Source of the DNA: the human T2T-CHM13v2.0 reference genome, Homo sapiens
DNA length: 64,000 nucleotides
Assembly (NCBI RefSeq): GCF_009914755.1
Contig: NC_060927.1
Direction: 5' to 3' (one strand)
This document shows positions 10,758-25,564 of the stretch, one piece after another. A program made the position numbers and the translations under genes. The stretch's first letter is position 1, and each line of letters starts with the position of its first letter. The notes under the pieces are model-generated. The model made no database searches. It worked only from the letters and a program-made list of their open reading frames with translations, and had not been told where the DNA came from.

Positions 10758-13161
10758 TAATATGGTTTGGCTCTTTGTCCCTACCCAAATCTTGTCGAAA
10801 TGTAATCCTCAATGTTAGAGGAGGGGCTTGATGAGAAGTGATTGGATCATGGGGGCAGACTTCCCCCTTGCTGTTCTCATGATAGCGAGTGAGTTCTCAT
10901 GAGATTTGGTTGTTTAAAAGTTTGTGGCACCTCCTTCTTTACTCTCTCTCCTGATCCACCACGTGAAGACGTGCTTGCTTCCACTTCACCTTCTGCCATA
11001 ATTGTAAGTTTCCTGAGGCCTCCTCAGCCATGCTTCCTTACAGTCTGCAGAACTCTGAGTCAACTAAACCTCTTTTCTTTATAAATTACCCCATCCAGGT
11101 AGTTCTTTAGAGCAATGCAAGAACAGATTAATACAGAAAATTGGTACCAGGAAGTGGGGCATTGATATAAAGATATGTGAAAATGTGGAAGCAGCTTTGG
11201 AACAGGGTAGCAGGCAGAGGTTGCAACAGTTTGGAGGGCTCAGAAGAAGAAGGCAAGTTGAGGGAAAGCTTGGAACTTCCTAGAGTATTGTTAAATTGTT
11301 GTGATCAAAATGATGATAGTGATATGGACAATGAAATCCAGGCTGAGGTAGTCTCAGATAGGGATGAAGAACTTTGGGAACTGGAGCAGCAGTCACTTTT
11401 GTTGTGCATTAGCAAAAAGGATGGAGGCACTGTGCCCCTGCCCTAAAGATCTGTGGAATTTTTAACTGTGAGTCAAATCTCTTTTCTTCATAAACTACCC
11501 AGTCTCAGTTGATTTAGGTTGAAGAGATCTATAACCAACAAAGCATTCAAGATGTAGCCTTGCTTCTTCTAACAGCATATGCTTATATTCATGAACAAAG
11601 AGATTATCTGAAACTGGAACTTATATTTAAAAGTGAAGCAGAATATAAAAGTTTGGAAAAATTGCAACCTGACCATGCAGTAGAAAAGAAAAATCAATTT
11701 TCAGGGGAGAAATTAAAGCCGGCTGCAGAAATTTACAAAAGTAAAGAGGAGCCAAAGGTTAATAGACAAAATGATGGGGAAAATGCAAGGAAGGCATTTC
11801 AGAGACCTTCACAGTAGCCATTCCCATCACAGGCCCAGAGGCCTAGGAGGGAAAAATGGTTTTGTGGGCTGGGCCCAGGGCCCCACTGCCGTGTACAACC
11901 TTGGGACACTGCTACATGTGCCCCAGCCACTCCAGCTCCAGCCATGGCCCCAGATACATCTCAGGCCACTGCTCCAGAGGGTGCGAGCCATAAATCTTGG
12001 CAGCTTCCACATGGTGTTAAGCCTGTGCATACACAGAGGGTAAGAGTTGAGACTTGGGAGCCTCTGCCTAGATTTCAGAGGATGTATGGAAATGCCTGAG
12101 TGTCCAGGCAGAGGTCTGCTGCAGGGGCAGAGCCCTCATGTAGAACCTCTACTAAGGGAGTACAGAAGGGAAATGTGGGGTTGGAACCCCAACACAGAGT
12201 CCTCACTGGGGCACTGCCTAGTGGAGCTGTGAGAAGAGGGCCATCATCCTCCAGATTCCAGAATGGTAGATCCACCGACAGCTTGAAGCTTTCACTGTGT
12301 GCATGGAAAAGCCACAGGCATTCAATGCCAGCCTGTGAAAATAGCCACAAGGGCTGTACCCTGCAGCACCACAGAGATGAATCTGCCCAAGGCCTTGGTA
12401 GCATACTCCTTGCATCAGTGTGGTCTAGATGTGAGACATGGAGTCAAAGGAGATTATTTTGGAGCCTTAAGATTTAATGACTTCCCTGCTGGGTTTTGGA
12501 CTTGCATGGATGCTGTAGCCCCTTTGTTTTGGCCAATTTCTCCCTTTTGAAATGAGAGCATTTATCCAATGCCTATTCCCCTATTGTATCTTGGAAGTAA
12601 CTAATTTGTTTTTGATTGTACAGGCTCATAGGCAAAAGGAAATTGTCTTGTCTCAGATGAGACTTTGAACTTGGACTTCTGAGTTAATGCTGGAATAAGT
12701 TAAGACTTTGGAGGACTGTTGGAAATACATGATTGTGTTTTGAAATGTGAGAAGGACATAAGTTTTTGGCAGGGACAAATGATATGGTTTGGCTCTGTAT
12801 CCCTACCCAAATCTCAAGTTGAATTGTAATCCTCAGTGTTGGAGGCGGGATCTGATGGCAGGTGATTGGATCATGGGGGCAGACATCTCCCTTGCTGTTT
12901 TCATGATGGTGAATGAGTTCTCATGAGATCTGGTTGCCTAAAAGTGTGTTGCAACTCCCACTTCACTCTTTGTCTCTCCTGCTCTGCCACGTAAAGACAT
13001 GCCTACTTCTTTTTCACCTTCCACAATGATTGTAAGTTTCCTGAGGCCTCCCCAGCCATGCTTCCTGTAAAGCCTTCAGAACTGTGAGTCAAATCTCTTT
13101 TCTTCATAAACTACCCAGTCTCAGGTAGTTCATTATAGCAGTGTGAGAATGGACTAATACA
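10758..13161 (+). mobile_element. Full-length MaLR provirus (MSTA/THE1D-like LTR-internal-LTR)
   Basis: 5' LTR 10758-11135 and 3' LTR 12780-13161 both start t(g/a)atatggtttggctct and end taataca; internal region of about 1.6 kb starts gaaaattggtacca; the dense ORFs at 10.9-12.5 kb are non-coding MaLR sequence. Confidence 0.93.
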
Positions 13162-13209
13162 CTGCCCAACTCATAGCTCAAGAAACCTCTGCCCTCCTCC
13201 TACCCCTCC

Positions 13210-13255
13210 AACACATACATGCACACACGCACGCATGTGCATGCACACACACACA
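13210..13255. repeat. Imperfect (CA)n microsatellite
   Basis: acacatacatgcacacacgcacgcatgtgcatgcacacacacaca. Confidence 0.8.
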
Positions 13256-14509
13256 TTGCACTTTAATGCAGACCTTACCTTGTCCTCACTATGCCCTACT
13301 GGATCTAGAAAGCTTTGAGGGCAAACATGTCACATTTCTCTCTCCCCCAGCAGACCAAGAGCCCTTTGAGGGCAAGGACATGAGAGTGTCTTCCTTTACA
13401 TAGGTAGAGAGTGAATTCCTTAGTGATGAATCCAGAGCCGGGTCATAGCTCTTTTCTCCTCTCTGTCTGACCTTTATTGATAACTATAACCAATGAATAT
13501 GAAAGAACAGTGTGGTCCCAGCCTTCTGAAGGAACAAATAATTAGTAGATATTCGAAGGGAGCAGGGGAATACATTTTACACACTGCAGTCCACTCTACT
13601 TAGGTGCCAGCGGAATAAGAAATGGCATGAAAGAGTATATGCTTGCCCCTATGTTAGCAGTTATCACACTGTATTGTAATTTAATTATCTGTATCCTTAT
13701 TAGATGCTGGATTCCATGGGGTTCAGCATCATGTCCTATTCATTTCTGTGTTCCCAGGCCCATTTCAATACATAGCCATCTGCAGCTCAGTGCTGAGGGC
13801 TACTCTCCACCTCCTGCCACATCATGTGCTTACACCCTCTGCCCCTAGAGAATTAGAGGGAGAAGTATTGGCAGGTTTTGAAGTGGGGAGTGATAGTATG
13901 GATCGATCTAAGCATGCCCCAAAATTGAGACCTGTGGCATAAACTCCATGGATGGCTGACCTCTTATCTTCAGTCAACATCTAGTAACTTATAGTTGGTT
14001 TTAAGGAGGGAACAGTATCTTGGAAAAAAGTCTGCTAACTCCAACAATCCCAGACTTCCAGTGAGCACTGGGACAGGAGGGTGACACAAGGTGAGGGGGC
14101 AATCTAAAACATTGACAAGAAGAAAAGAATATTTGGCTAATCTCCCAAATTCAGGAAACACAAAACTCTATCAGCCCAAAGAAACATTAGAAGTTTATGA
14201 TGCAGAAATAAGTAGCTTGTGTGTGACACATTCCCAACTTGTTAAGACAGCTATTACAATGGAATGCTCTCCAATGGATGGGACCAGATTAGACTCCGTT
14301 GCTACCAGCCAAATGCAGCCCGGGAAAATTGGCAATTGCATGCAAATGGGAAGTGATTAGTATTATCTCTGCCATTAGACTCTTCCCAATGGGAAGGTGA
14401 CAGAGCAGTTTTGAGATAGACTATTAGAAAAAGCAGACATGACTCTGGCTTGTCTTTTAAAGACATTGTTTTGTCTCTGCATTTTTTTCCCTGAAAAGTG
14501 TTTAATTGT

Positions 14510-14950
14510 GTGTTCATTAATTTAATTAACATCATTGATTGAGCACCTCTTAGTACTAGGCAAAGTGCTCATCTCTGAAATTCCAAGATAGATAAGAAGA
14601 TCCTTGCTTTCCAGACTAGTAGGGGAGAAGGGTGATAAACAGTTAAAATTACAATGATGTAGTCAGAAATGGCCAGCTGAATAAGACTTTGCTTTTTCTG
14701 TGGGAGGGATAAGATGTCTGGAAGGTCAGACTTTCTGGTGAATCTTTTGTTATGCTGAGTCCTGAAGTGTGTACAAGGAGTGGGCAGGCAGAAGGTTGGT
14801 TCACCGAGGCATGCAGGTAAGGGAGAAGGTCATGCTGTGGGAGAACCTCAGGTCTTTCATTAGGGTAGGGGATCAGAGGCATGAGGCAGGAAAGAGGCAG
14901 TGCTGAGCTGGTTCGATAATCCAATCCAAGACATACCTTAAGGGATTTAA
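14510..14950 (-). mobile_element. L2 fragment
   Basis: ttcattaatttaattaacatcattgattgagcacc...ctaggcaaagtgct...agactagtaggggaga, L2 3' end in reverse. Confidence 0.55.
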
Positions 14951-15134
14951 CCCTATTGAGATTTCTTTTTGTTCTAATGACAAGGAGAATAAAGTATTTA
15001 TCAATCTCACTACCCAAATGAGGAGTTTCTATTGAGATATAGTCCACTTTTGTTCATTTGCTTTGTTTTTGGTGGAGAGAAGGGGAATGGATAGATAATA
15101 TTTTTAATCCTTTTAAGTATTAATGCTTCTAATC

Positions 15135-15290
15135 TCATAGATGTCAGCACTTCAAGGGACCTTAAAGATTATTTAATTCAATCCTGTTATTTTATAGATG
15201 AGGAAATTGAGCTCTACAAAGGTTAAATGACTTGCTGAAGGTCATGTGAATAACAAAGAGCCTAGAGCCCACTTTTCTTGCTTTTTAAAT
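15135..15290 (-). mobile_element. MIR/MIR3 SINE
   Basis: ttattttatagatgaggaaattgag...ggttaaatgacttgctgaaggtca. Confidence 0.7.
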
Positions 15291-16150
15291 CCTTTGAATA
15301 TATCAGAGAAATTTACGAACCAGTCCAACCTTAACATACTTCACTTTTCAGAAAGCTAACCTTTTCCATTGTCTCAATGTACAAGCTTTCATCTAGATAC
15401 TGCTCTTTCCTGGCCTCTTCCCCACATTCTAGGGTTGTGCCCACTTTGAAGGCCATGAAACTTCTTCTTCCTCCTCTATATCCACCTCATCAGACCCCTT
15501 TTGTATGTGAAGAACATAGAAATATATTCTAGCCTGCCCAGGTGTGGCTCAAAGATGCAGTCTTCCAAGCTGTTGGGGGTGGTATGGCTATATTGCTTTA
15601 GTTCTCGTTAAATCATTTTGCTTTTATTTAAAAAAATTAATATTTAAGTAATTGTCCCTGACTTAAATATTCCCTATAAATATGGGACTAACAGGCCTCA
15701 GAAAACCTCCTAGCCATTTCTGGCATCAGCCATCAATCTTACCCTTCTCTTTGTCCCCCACTTCTTCCAAACTCGGGATGTAGTCAAACTAAAATGCAAA
15801 TATTTATTGACCTATTTTTCTTTATTTCACAACTTAAGAGATATCTTTACCAACCCTTGTAAAGTTTGGTACTCTATCATGGTCATCATTAAAAGTGAGT
15901 CAAAATACTTTTTGGTTTCTTGTAAACTATGTTCAGAGGAAGTGATTCAGATAATGGAAAATTTTAGCCAGGCTGGCTTCCTTTGACAAATCTCATATCA
16001 GAACCATATTCAATAATAGTCTAAAAGAAACCCTCCTGGAATGATGCGAAAGTGTTTGTCTCGCTCAAGAAAAATGGCCAGAACTGTAGTGTATGCATCA
16101 CTCCTAATACAGCAGCTGTGGTCTTGACTGCCAAAACCTGACCACGGCTT

Positions 16151-16544
<394 letters not shown>

Positions 16545-16923
16545 TTACTTCTTTACACATTACCTAAAACATAGGTGATGGAAGATTGCTTGGGTTATTT
16601 CTCCATGCTACCTAACACAAGTGATCACAAATCGCTTGTAGAAATGAATGAAATAAGAGTAGAAAGGAGACTTGACAGGCTTGAATTCTTCTGTCACAGA
16701 TGGTACGTTTAAGCCTAGTGTTATAAATGCGTTACTCTGGGACTATATTTAGCAAAACATGTCTCTTGAGACCAGGATGTAAAATTGTTGCCATTAACTT
16801 CTCAGCCATGTTCACATCAGATGCAAGAGTCAAAAGTGTGGTAATAACTACTTCTATATTGTTTTTAGGCCAATCCACACCATTGTCCTGTATGAGAAAA
16901 TGTTATCTTAGGAATGAGTATGG

Positions 16924-16965
16924 AACAGAGCAAGATTCCGTCTCAAAAGAAAAGAAAAAGAAAAG
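16924..16965 (+). mobile_element. Extremely 5'-truncated Alu (last ~21 nt plus A-rich tail)
   Basis: aacagagcaagattccgtctc followed by aaaagaaaagaaaaagaaaag. Confidence 0.75.
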
Positions 16966-17644
16966 AATGAGCGTGCTCATGCTCATCACGACGGAGACTT
17001 TCGATCCTCACTTTTAGAAAGCTCTCTGGGAAAACATTTGCCAGCTCTTTGGATTGGGAAATAAAATGGTGTTCATTAGGTTCCTCCCTCAGGTGCCATG
17101 CTCAAGAAACCATGTATTGATCAGGCAGTCACTTTAGAAATGTGACTTCCAAAATTCTCAGTGAGGAAGTAATCTATTGCCTAGGAGATGTTTATTTTTC
17201 ACCCCTCTGATGATTAAATTTAAATCTCAGCCAAGGTTTAGGCTTCCTACCAAGCCATCCGAATATTAAAGTAATACGACTGTGCATGGACATACAGAAA
17301 AATATAATTTAATACAGAGTGGCAATTAATACAATTTAATACAATATAGAATACATACGTGTATTTGTGGGGAGTGGATATAAGATTAGGAAAAGTGGTA
17401 AAGGATGAGGCTGAAAAATTAGGCTGGTGCAAGATCACAAAAATCCTTAACTCTCATACTGCAGAGTTTGGGATTAACTACTCTTGCCTTTATACTCTCC
17501 CTGTTTCCTAATCAGTGTCATCAGTGTATCTATAACATTCATTCCTCTGATTTATTTATGTTTACCTTTCCTACTAGACAGTAAACAACATGAAGGCAGA
17601 GCCTATATCCAAGCAGTCTCTTTCTTCAGTGCTTAGCATCATGA

Positions 17645-17988
<344 letters not shown>

Positions 17989-18476
17989 AAAAACAATGAT
18001 TTTTTAAAGTAAAAGCAAGAGTGAATGAATGAAGAATCTGGATATGTGATTGTGTTTCATTGCTTCTCATTGTGTTGTATGTCACTCTATAAGAGTAAAC
18101 CACGAAGGGAAACTTCACTGACCCCAAGCTATCTCTGTCACCTGAGGCAGTTCACTTCAGTCATACAGGATGCAGAGAGCAAAATTTAATACAGTAAACA
18201 TTATTTGCTCATTGGCTTTTACATTAAAATTAGATTAAAATGGGAGTTAATGGGCTCTGCTGTGTTGCTTGTGCTCATCAGCTCCTGAGGGGGTTCCAAT
18301 TAGGCAGATTAATTCTATGAATCAGTATAAATTTAACCCATATAGTATTCCAAGACTATCACTCCATATACTACACATACTATAAAACTTTCTTCTATCT
18401 TATAAAATAAAAACAGATCTTATAGACTCTCTCTCTTACAGAAAATGTTTAATTCACAACTCAGCCAATATAGAAA

Positions 18477-19145
18477 TAGTCATACCTCAGTATCCATGCA
18501 GTATTGATTCTAGGAATCTTCCCCACAATATCAAAATCCACAGAAGTCTCTTATATAAATGGTCCAGTATTTGCATGTGACCCACACAATCCTCCCATAT
18601 ACTTTAAATTGTCTCTAGATTTCTTCTAATACCTAATACAATCAATGCAAATGCTCTATAATAGTTGTTTTCCTATATTGTTTGGGGAATAATGCCAAGA
18701 AAAAAAATTCTGTACATGTTTGGTACAAACACAACCATACATCATTTTTTAGTATTTTTAATTATTATTATTATTTTTTTGAGACAGGGTTTGGCTCTGT
18801 TGCCCAGACTGGAGTGCAGTGGCATGATCTCACTGCAATCTCCTCCTCCTAGGCTCAAGAGATCCTCCCACCTCAGCCTCCTAAGTAGCTGGGACTACAT
18901 GTGTGAGCCACCACACCTGACTAATTTTTTTTCTTTTTTTTTTTTTTTTTTTTTTTTTTGGTAAAGATGGGGTTTAACCATGTTGTCCAAGCTGGTCTCA
19001 AGCTCCTGAGCTCAAGTGATCCACTTACCTCTGCCTCCCAAAATGCTGGGATTACAGGCGTGAGCCACTGCGCCCAGCTAAAGTATTTTATTCCAAGGTT
19101 AGTTGAATCCATGGATGTAGAGCCCCTAGATACGAAGGCCAACTG
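18477..19145 (+). mobile_element. MER2 (Tigger-family) DNA transposon interrupted by an Alu
   Basis: tagtcatacctcagtatccatg...cctcccatatactttaaattgtctctagatt...gttgaatccatggatgtagagccc...gccaactg then TA; terminal inverted repeats recognisable. Confidence 0.85.
18759..19079 (-). mobile_element. AluJ inserted in MER2
   Basis: gagacagggtttggctctgttgcccagactggagtgcagtgg...ggctcaagagatcctcccacctcagcc; (TTA)n tail; long internal T run. Confidence 0.9.
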
Positions 19146-21890
19146 TAGACAGGTTCTAGGACTTTTTTATATTTGAGATTTTTGCCATTGAATAACAAAT
19201 AATAATAGAAATAGCAATAACATATGAACAATAACAACCACTTTTGGTCATCTGTTATGATTCAGAAACTTTTCTAGGTGCTGTTTGAGTAAGAATATTA
19301 CTCCTATTTTCCAGATAGGAAAGCCGAGTGTCAAAAAAAGTCAAAGCATTTGCATGAGAAAAGCTAGTAAATAATTAAACCAGAAGTAAATCCTTTGATC
19401 TATCCAGTTCCAAGTTTCAACTCTTTTCATTATGGCACTTCCTTTTATGCATCCGTTTATATACTTTATAACAAATGTTATGTTCAGGTCAACAAATTTC
19501 AGCATGAGTCAAATCCCAATGTGGATGCAGGAAAATTCACAAACCCCTGACAGCAAGTTTCTTGGCATGACCATGAGGAATGAGCTTGTTTGGAGTGATA
19601 TTATTATGATGTTACATGAGTCATTTGGCTAAATTGAGTTTAAAGGGGAAATAGATTTGGGGAGAAACAAAGAGGCATATGGGAAAATAACAGGTGCTTT
19701 CTTTGGTCTTGCCTATAATTTACAAAAGGCGACAATCTCATCAAAAGAAAAAATAAGCAAATCTGCCAGTACATACAAGATAAATGGCAACCTGAGAATA
19801 TGTGTCTCTTATGATCAGCTCTGATACATTTACCTTAACAGATAGAGAATAGAAATTGTGATGGAGGAAAAAGAGTGGAGTGGTGTTGGGGAGGGGGGAT
19901 GGAGAGGAGTATTCTGTGTGTGTGCTCCCAACATGTTCACATGGTTAACAGTAAATGCAAAGAGCATGTCACCTATGAAAATAATATCCTTTGAGGATTT
20001 GAGGCCAGTTAGCAGCTACTCTGAAACAAAGGAACTCGATTACGTTAATAAAAATTCTTTTTATTTGTCCACAATTTTGCAGCTTTTCATGATTTCTTCA
20101 ATTTTCTCACAAATAAAATTCATTGATTCTTATTCATATATAAAATTCTAAGTAATTAACCCAAAGTTTTAATTTTTATTCAGTCTTAAGTAGTAGAAAA
20201 ACTATTCTTATAAATTAACAGCTAAAATTTCTTAGTTTTTAAAAGTCTCAATAGAATGAGTTTTGAAAGGGAGATAATATAGGATGATATTAAGAGCATG
20301 GGATTTGAATGATACCAAGAAAGCCTCAGATACTCATCTGTCCTTCCCCAATGTTCTCATCTACTCTGCTAACTTTTTATTGTCAGGGAGTCTTTGCTTT
20401 CCATTAAGTGTTGTGCTCCACCCATCATCTCTCGCGTATGTAAAAATATCTAAGAGGGACTGACATTACAACTCATTAATGTGGGCTTGAAGGAGCCAAC
20501 TAGTCATTGGACAAAAGATGACAACTTGCTTTTACTTCACATTAATTCGATCATTTGGAAATACTGCCTAGAGATTCATGTTGAAAAGGACAATGAAGCC
20601 AGACAGATTCTATGGGCGTGAGAGAAATGCCTGACCCACACCATCCAGCATGTCACTTGTCAAGTTCTTCCATCCCTGTTCCAACATGCTCATCTGGCAG
20701 AAGAGAAAACCTTAGCCCAGACTAACGATGGTCTGCTCTATGCCACATAGCCAGTCTAGAGGTTGGACAAAGAAATTAAAAGCAAAGATTATCCAGCTCT
20801 TTCATCTGCAAGTACAGTGTTCTTCTTTTAAAAATATATTCATTTATAACACAATTTGATTTAATTGTATAAGACCACTTTTTACTATGAAAAGGGACAC
20901 TAAATAGTGAAGTGGGCTGAAGGAAAAAATGTAAAACCTCTGAAGTTTGGCGATAATTGTAGAATTTGTTGGCCCAAGTCTTTATAACATGCTTTAAGAA
21001 AGAAGACAATGAAACCCAAAAACACTAAAAACCCAAAGCCAGAGATATAAGCTACTAATTTCTAAAGAACTTCATATCCTGAACTGATAGAGCAATTTGT
21101 ATAAGCAATTTAAGTAAATACAGAGAAAATTACTAATGGCATTTTCTAGACAATTTATCTATGTGATAAGCCAGAAAATAAGGGAGAAATATTGCATGCC
21201 TCTGCTGAGCTGTCAACAATGAAACATATGGGAATCAAGCATTATGAGAAACAGAATGGGAAATCCTGTATCTGTGTTTCGTAACAATGGCTTATTATCG
21301 ATGTACACATAACGGTCTCATATCTAACTTCCATGCATGATTAGGCACATTAGCTGATTTTGCAAAATGGACTCCCAAGTTCCAAAGATGATAATCAATT
21401 GACTTGTCTTATTTATTTAACAATAGCAGCATACTTAATAATCTAAAGTCCTGACTCAGAGCTTTCACAAGTGACACATATTTATCCTAGCTAAAAAAAT
21501 CAAAAGTCCACAGTTTCAAACAGTGCCTTATTTGCCTCACAGAACCATTCCTATGATTTGTTAGAAAGAAAAACTGCCTCCTGTGGAGATGTTTGATTTC
21601 TGTAGCATTCCTTCTGTTCCTAATCTGTACCAACGTGGAGTAATAAGTGACACAGGAAGAGGCTGCTTTCAATCTCTTTCTAGAGGAGACACTCCTTGCT
21701 TGGCATGCTTGAGAGGGCTCTAAGACAGTGCAAATATTGATGCTTCACCCTACTGCAGGCATCTCACTTAACTACCTGAAAGGAGTCTTAACAAGGACAA
21801 AAAATGGATTGATGAGCAGAAAAAAATAAAACTTATATTATCATATGCAATATGCCACAAACAATTTTTTCACTTTTAAACAGAAACATT

Positions 21891-22205
<315 letters not shown>

Positions 22206-22904
22206 TAAACAGCAACCATAGTAACATGCCCCATGCAAACAATTGTTTATTTGATATGTCAGATGAAGAACAAATTACAAATAATATTATATAGCTTGGT
22301 GGAGCAGAAAGTCTATGGTTTTTATAGCAAAATGTAAGTTTTAATGTAGGTTCAGTCACTAATCAGCTGCATAAATGCATAAGTGTGGGGACGTTGCTCC
22401 ACCTCCTTGAGACTTCTTGGCCTCTATAATATCTACCACGCTAAGTTTAAGTGTAGAGATAGTAAGTATGTAATGTTTAGCTCCTACTAGGTATTAAATC
22501 ACTTATTTGGACATTATTGTTATCATGATTGCAGTATGATCCTGGTGTTTGTGTCCATATCTAGATGATGGTGGGAGGGGGGCAGTCTGTATTGGTCTCA
22601 ATAGGACAGGACCCCCAAATCCCACCACCATTTTTTCTATCCTGCTCCATGCCTTCTTTGGTTGAATGATCTTTTTTCAGTTTCAATCTGACATTTTTTT
22701 GGTTCAGGCTTTACAGTGAAGCAACGTTTGATTTCAACTGTACAGCTACTATTATATCTAATTTCAAAAATTTTAGCCATAAGCATCTTTCAAAAAAATC
22801 TTAAAGACACAAAACGGAAGAAAGTAGAAGTGTTCTACTGGAAGTCTCCTCAACCCCTTAGAGATTTCTAAGTGCAGAACACCTAGCACTTTTTAGAGTG
22901 TGAC

Positions 22905-23121
22905 CAGTGGTTCTCAGCCAAGGTGCTGGTGACCCCTGGCATGCATTCGGAAATATGTGTGAGCCATTACAGCTGTCACAGTGATATCTGGAGTCACTAC
23001 TGGCATTTAGCGGGAGAGAAACAGAAAAGCTAAACAATCTACAAAGAGAAGGACCCCCTCACCTCAGAAAACTATCACCTGCCCCACCAAATGCCATTAG
23101 TGTCCCCACTGAAAAAGTCCA
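22905..23121 (+). mobile_element. MER20/MER112-like hAT fossil
   Basis: cagtggttctcagcc...ctactggcatttag...gctaaacaatctaca...aaatgccattagtgtccccactgaaaaa. Confidence 0.6.
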
Positions 23122-23739
23122 GAGCTCTATCTCTTCTTTTATTTGCACAAGCCTGTGTGTGTAACATAAATGAGTCACTCTGGCAATGCCTTCTACACAA
23201 AGCCTTCTGCTCCACTCTGCTTGAGTGTGAGAGGTGTCGTTTACCTCAGTAGCTATAGCATAGAATGAAAGACTATCTTCTAGGCCAAATACCTCTCTTG
23301 TAGCCTCAAATTGTGAAAATCATAAGGAGGCCAAGGAGAAGTCTGAGGCTGAGAGAAATTATGTGTCTTTCCCAAGGTCACACACATAACACTGAGGAAC
23401 TGGATCTATTGGACTCCAAAGCCCATTTCTGCAGTCCAAGAAACTGTCTCACAAACAAGTGCTATTAATCTCCATGTTATTAACAAATGCTCCCTGTTAA
23501 GCACTGTGCAAAGTCCAAAGTAAAATGAAGGCACAGTCTCTGCTCACAGGAAGCTCACAATCTGGCTGGATCCGTAGGACATAGACATTGGAAGCACAAA
23601 TCCCAATATAGCAAAATTGCTATGTGCCTTATAGCTTTAGAGATTGGAAAGCTCAGTGAGAGTAGGAATCATTCAGAGTGCTGAAGGGGGAAGCTGGTAT
23701 GTTTCCTGCTACTATTACAAAGGGTTGATTTAGAGGAAT

Positions 23740-23968
23740 TAGAGGATCCGCAAACTTTATCTGTAAAGGGCCAGACAGTAAATATTTTAGGATTTGTGGG
23801 CAATACAGTAACTGTTGTAACTACTGAACTCTGCTATTGAGCAAAATCATAATGTGATAGCCACAGACGATATGTAAACAAAAGGGCATGGCTGTGTTCC
23901 AATAAAACTTTATTTACAATAACAGATGGCAGACTGGATTTGACCTGCAGGCTATTTTGTCAGCCCCT
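23740..23968 (+). mobile_element. MER58A hAT-Charlie fossil
   Basis: gcaaactttatctgtaaagggccagacagtaaatattttagg...gggcatggctgtgttccaataaaactttattt...cccctg. Confidence 0.88.
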
Positions 23969-24756
23969 GGGTTAGACTATAGATTTAGTTATAAACCTCT
24001 TAGTTTGGACTTCAAGACCTTTCCAATTGGACTAAAATCTACCTTTTCAATACCTCTGTACTTCTCATCAGGTAGACCATTAAGGCAGGAGTTCCATTTG
24101 TACAAAGTGTTGGAAGCAAGAATGCAAAAGTCATGTCCTAGGTAAAGAAATATCAGCATGGCTAGGGAAGAGGATTCTGTTGAAGAGTAGGGAGAGTCTG
24201 GAAACACAGATTTGACTCTAATGGCAGAGTATTTGACACTTGAGAGTCAGGTTAGGGGATTTAGACCTGAACCTATAGGCAATGGAGATACTTGAGGCAT
24301 TTAAGTGAGGAAGAGAGACATTTTTATAAGGTCAATATTTTTTCAGATCAAGGTTTTTCTGACCTTCGTAGAGGTCAGTAACATTCACTGTATTTGTGGT
24401 AGACATGGATTTCTCCCACCCAGATCTCTCTTCATGGAAGAACTTGCTGTCCCCATGAGGAATGCAGTCTGTAGCCGACCTTTGACTATCTGCTCCTTCA
24501 GGGTCTCCCAGTACTTCACAAAGATGCGCCATCCAAGGTCAAGTCCTTCCTAGCAGCCCACACCCAATGACTGAGTGAGGCAGGGGTGTGAAGGCTCACC
24601 ACTGCCTGTCAAAGGACACTCTGATGGGCAATATTTCTTCCAAAGCCCACCGCCAGAAGGTCCAAGGCTTTGGAGGCTCTGCATCACAGCTTAACTTCTT
24701 CCTCTGCCCAATGTTGCTTCTTCCCCATTTCCTTCACAGATATACATTTTGTACCC

Positions 24757-25564
<808 letters not shown>

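Noticed and set aside
10899-12550. Dense overlapping ORFs on both strands
   Set aside because: All lie in the MaLR LTR/internal sequence; no gag or pol motifs and no continuous frame
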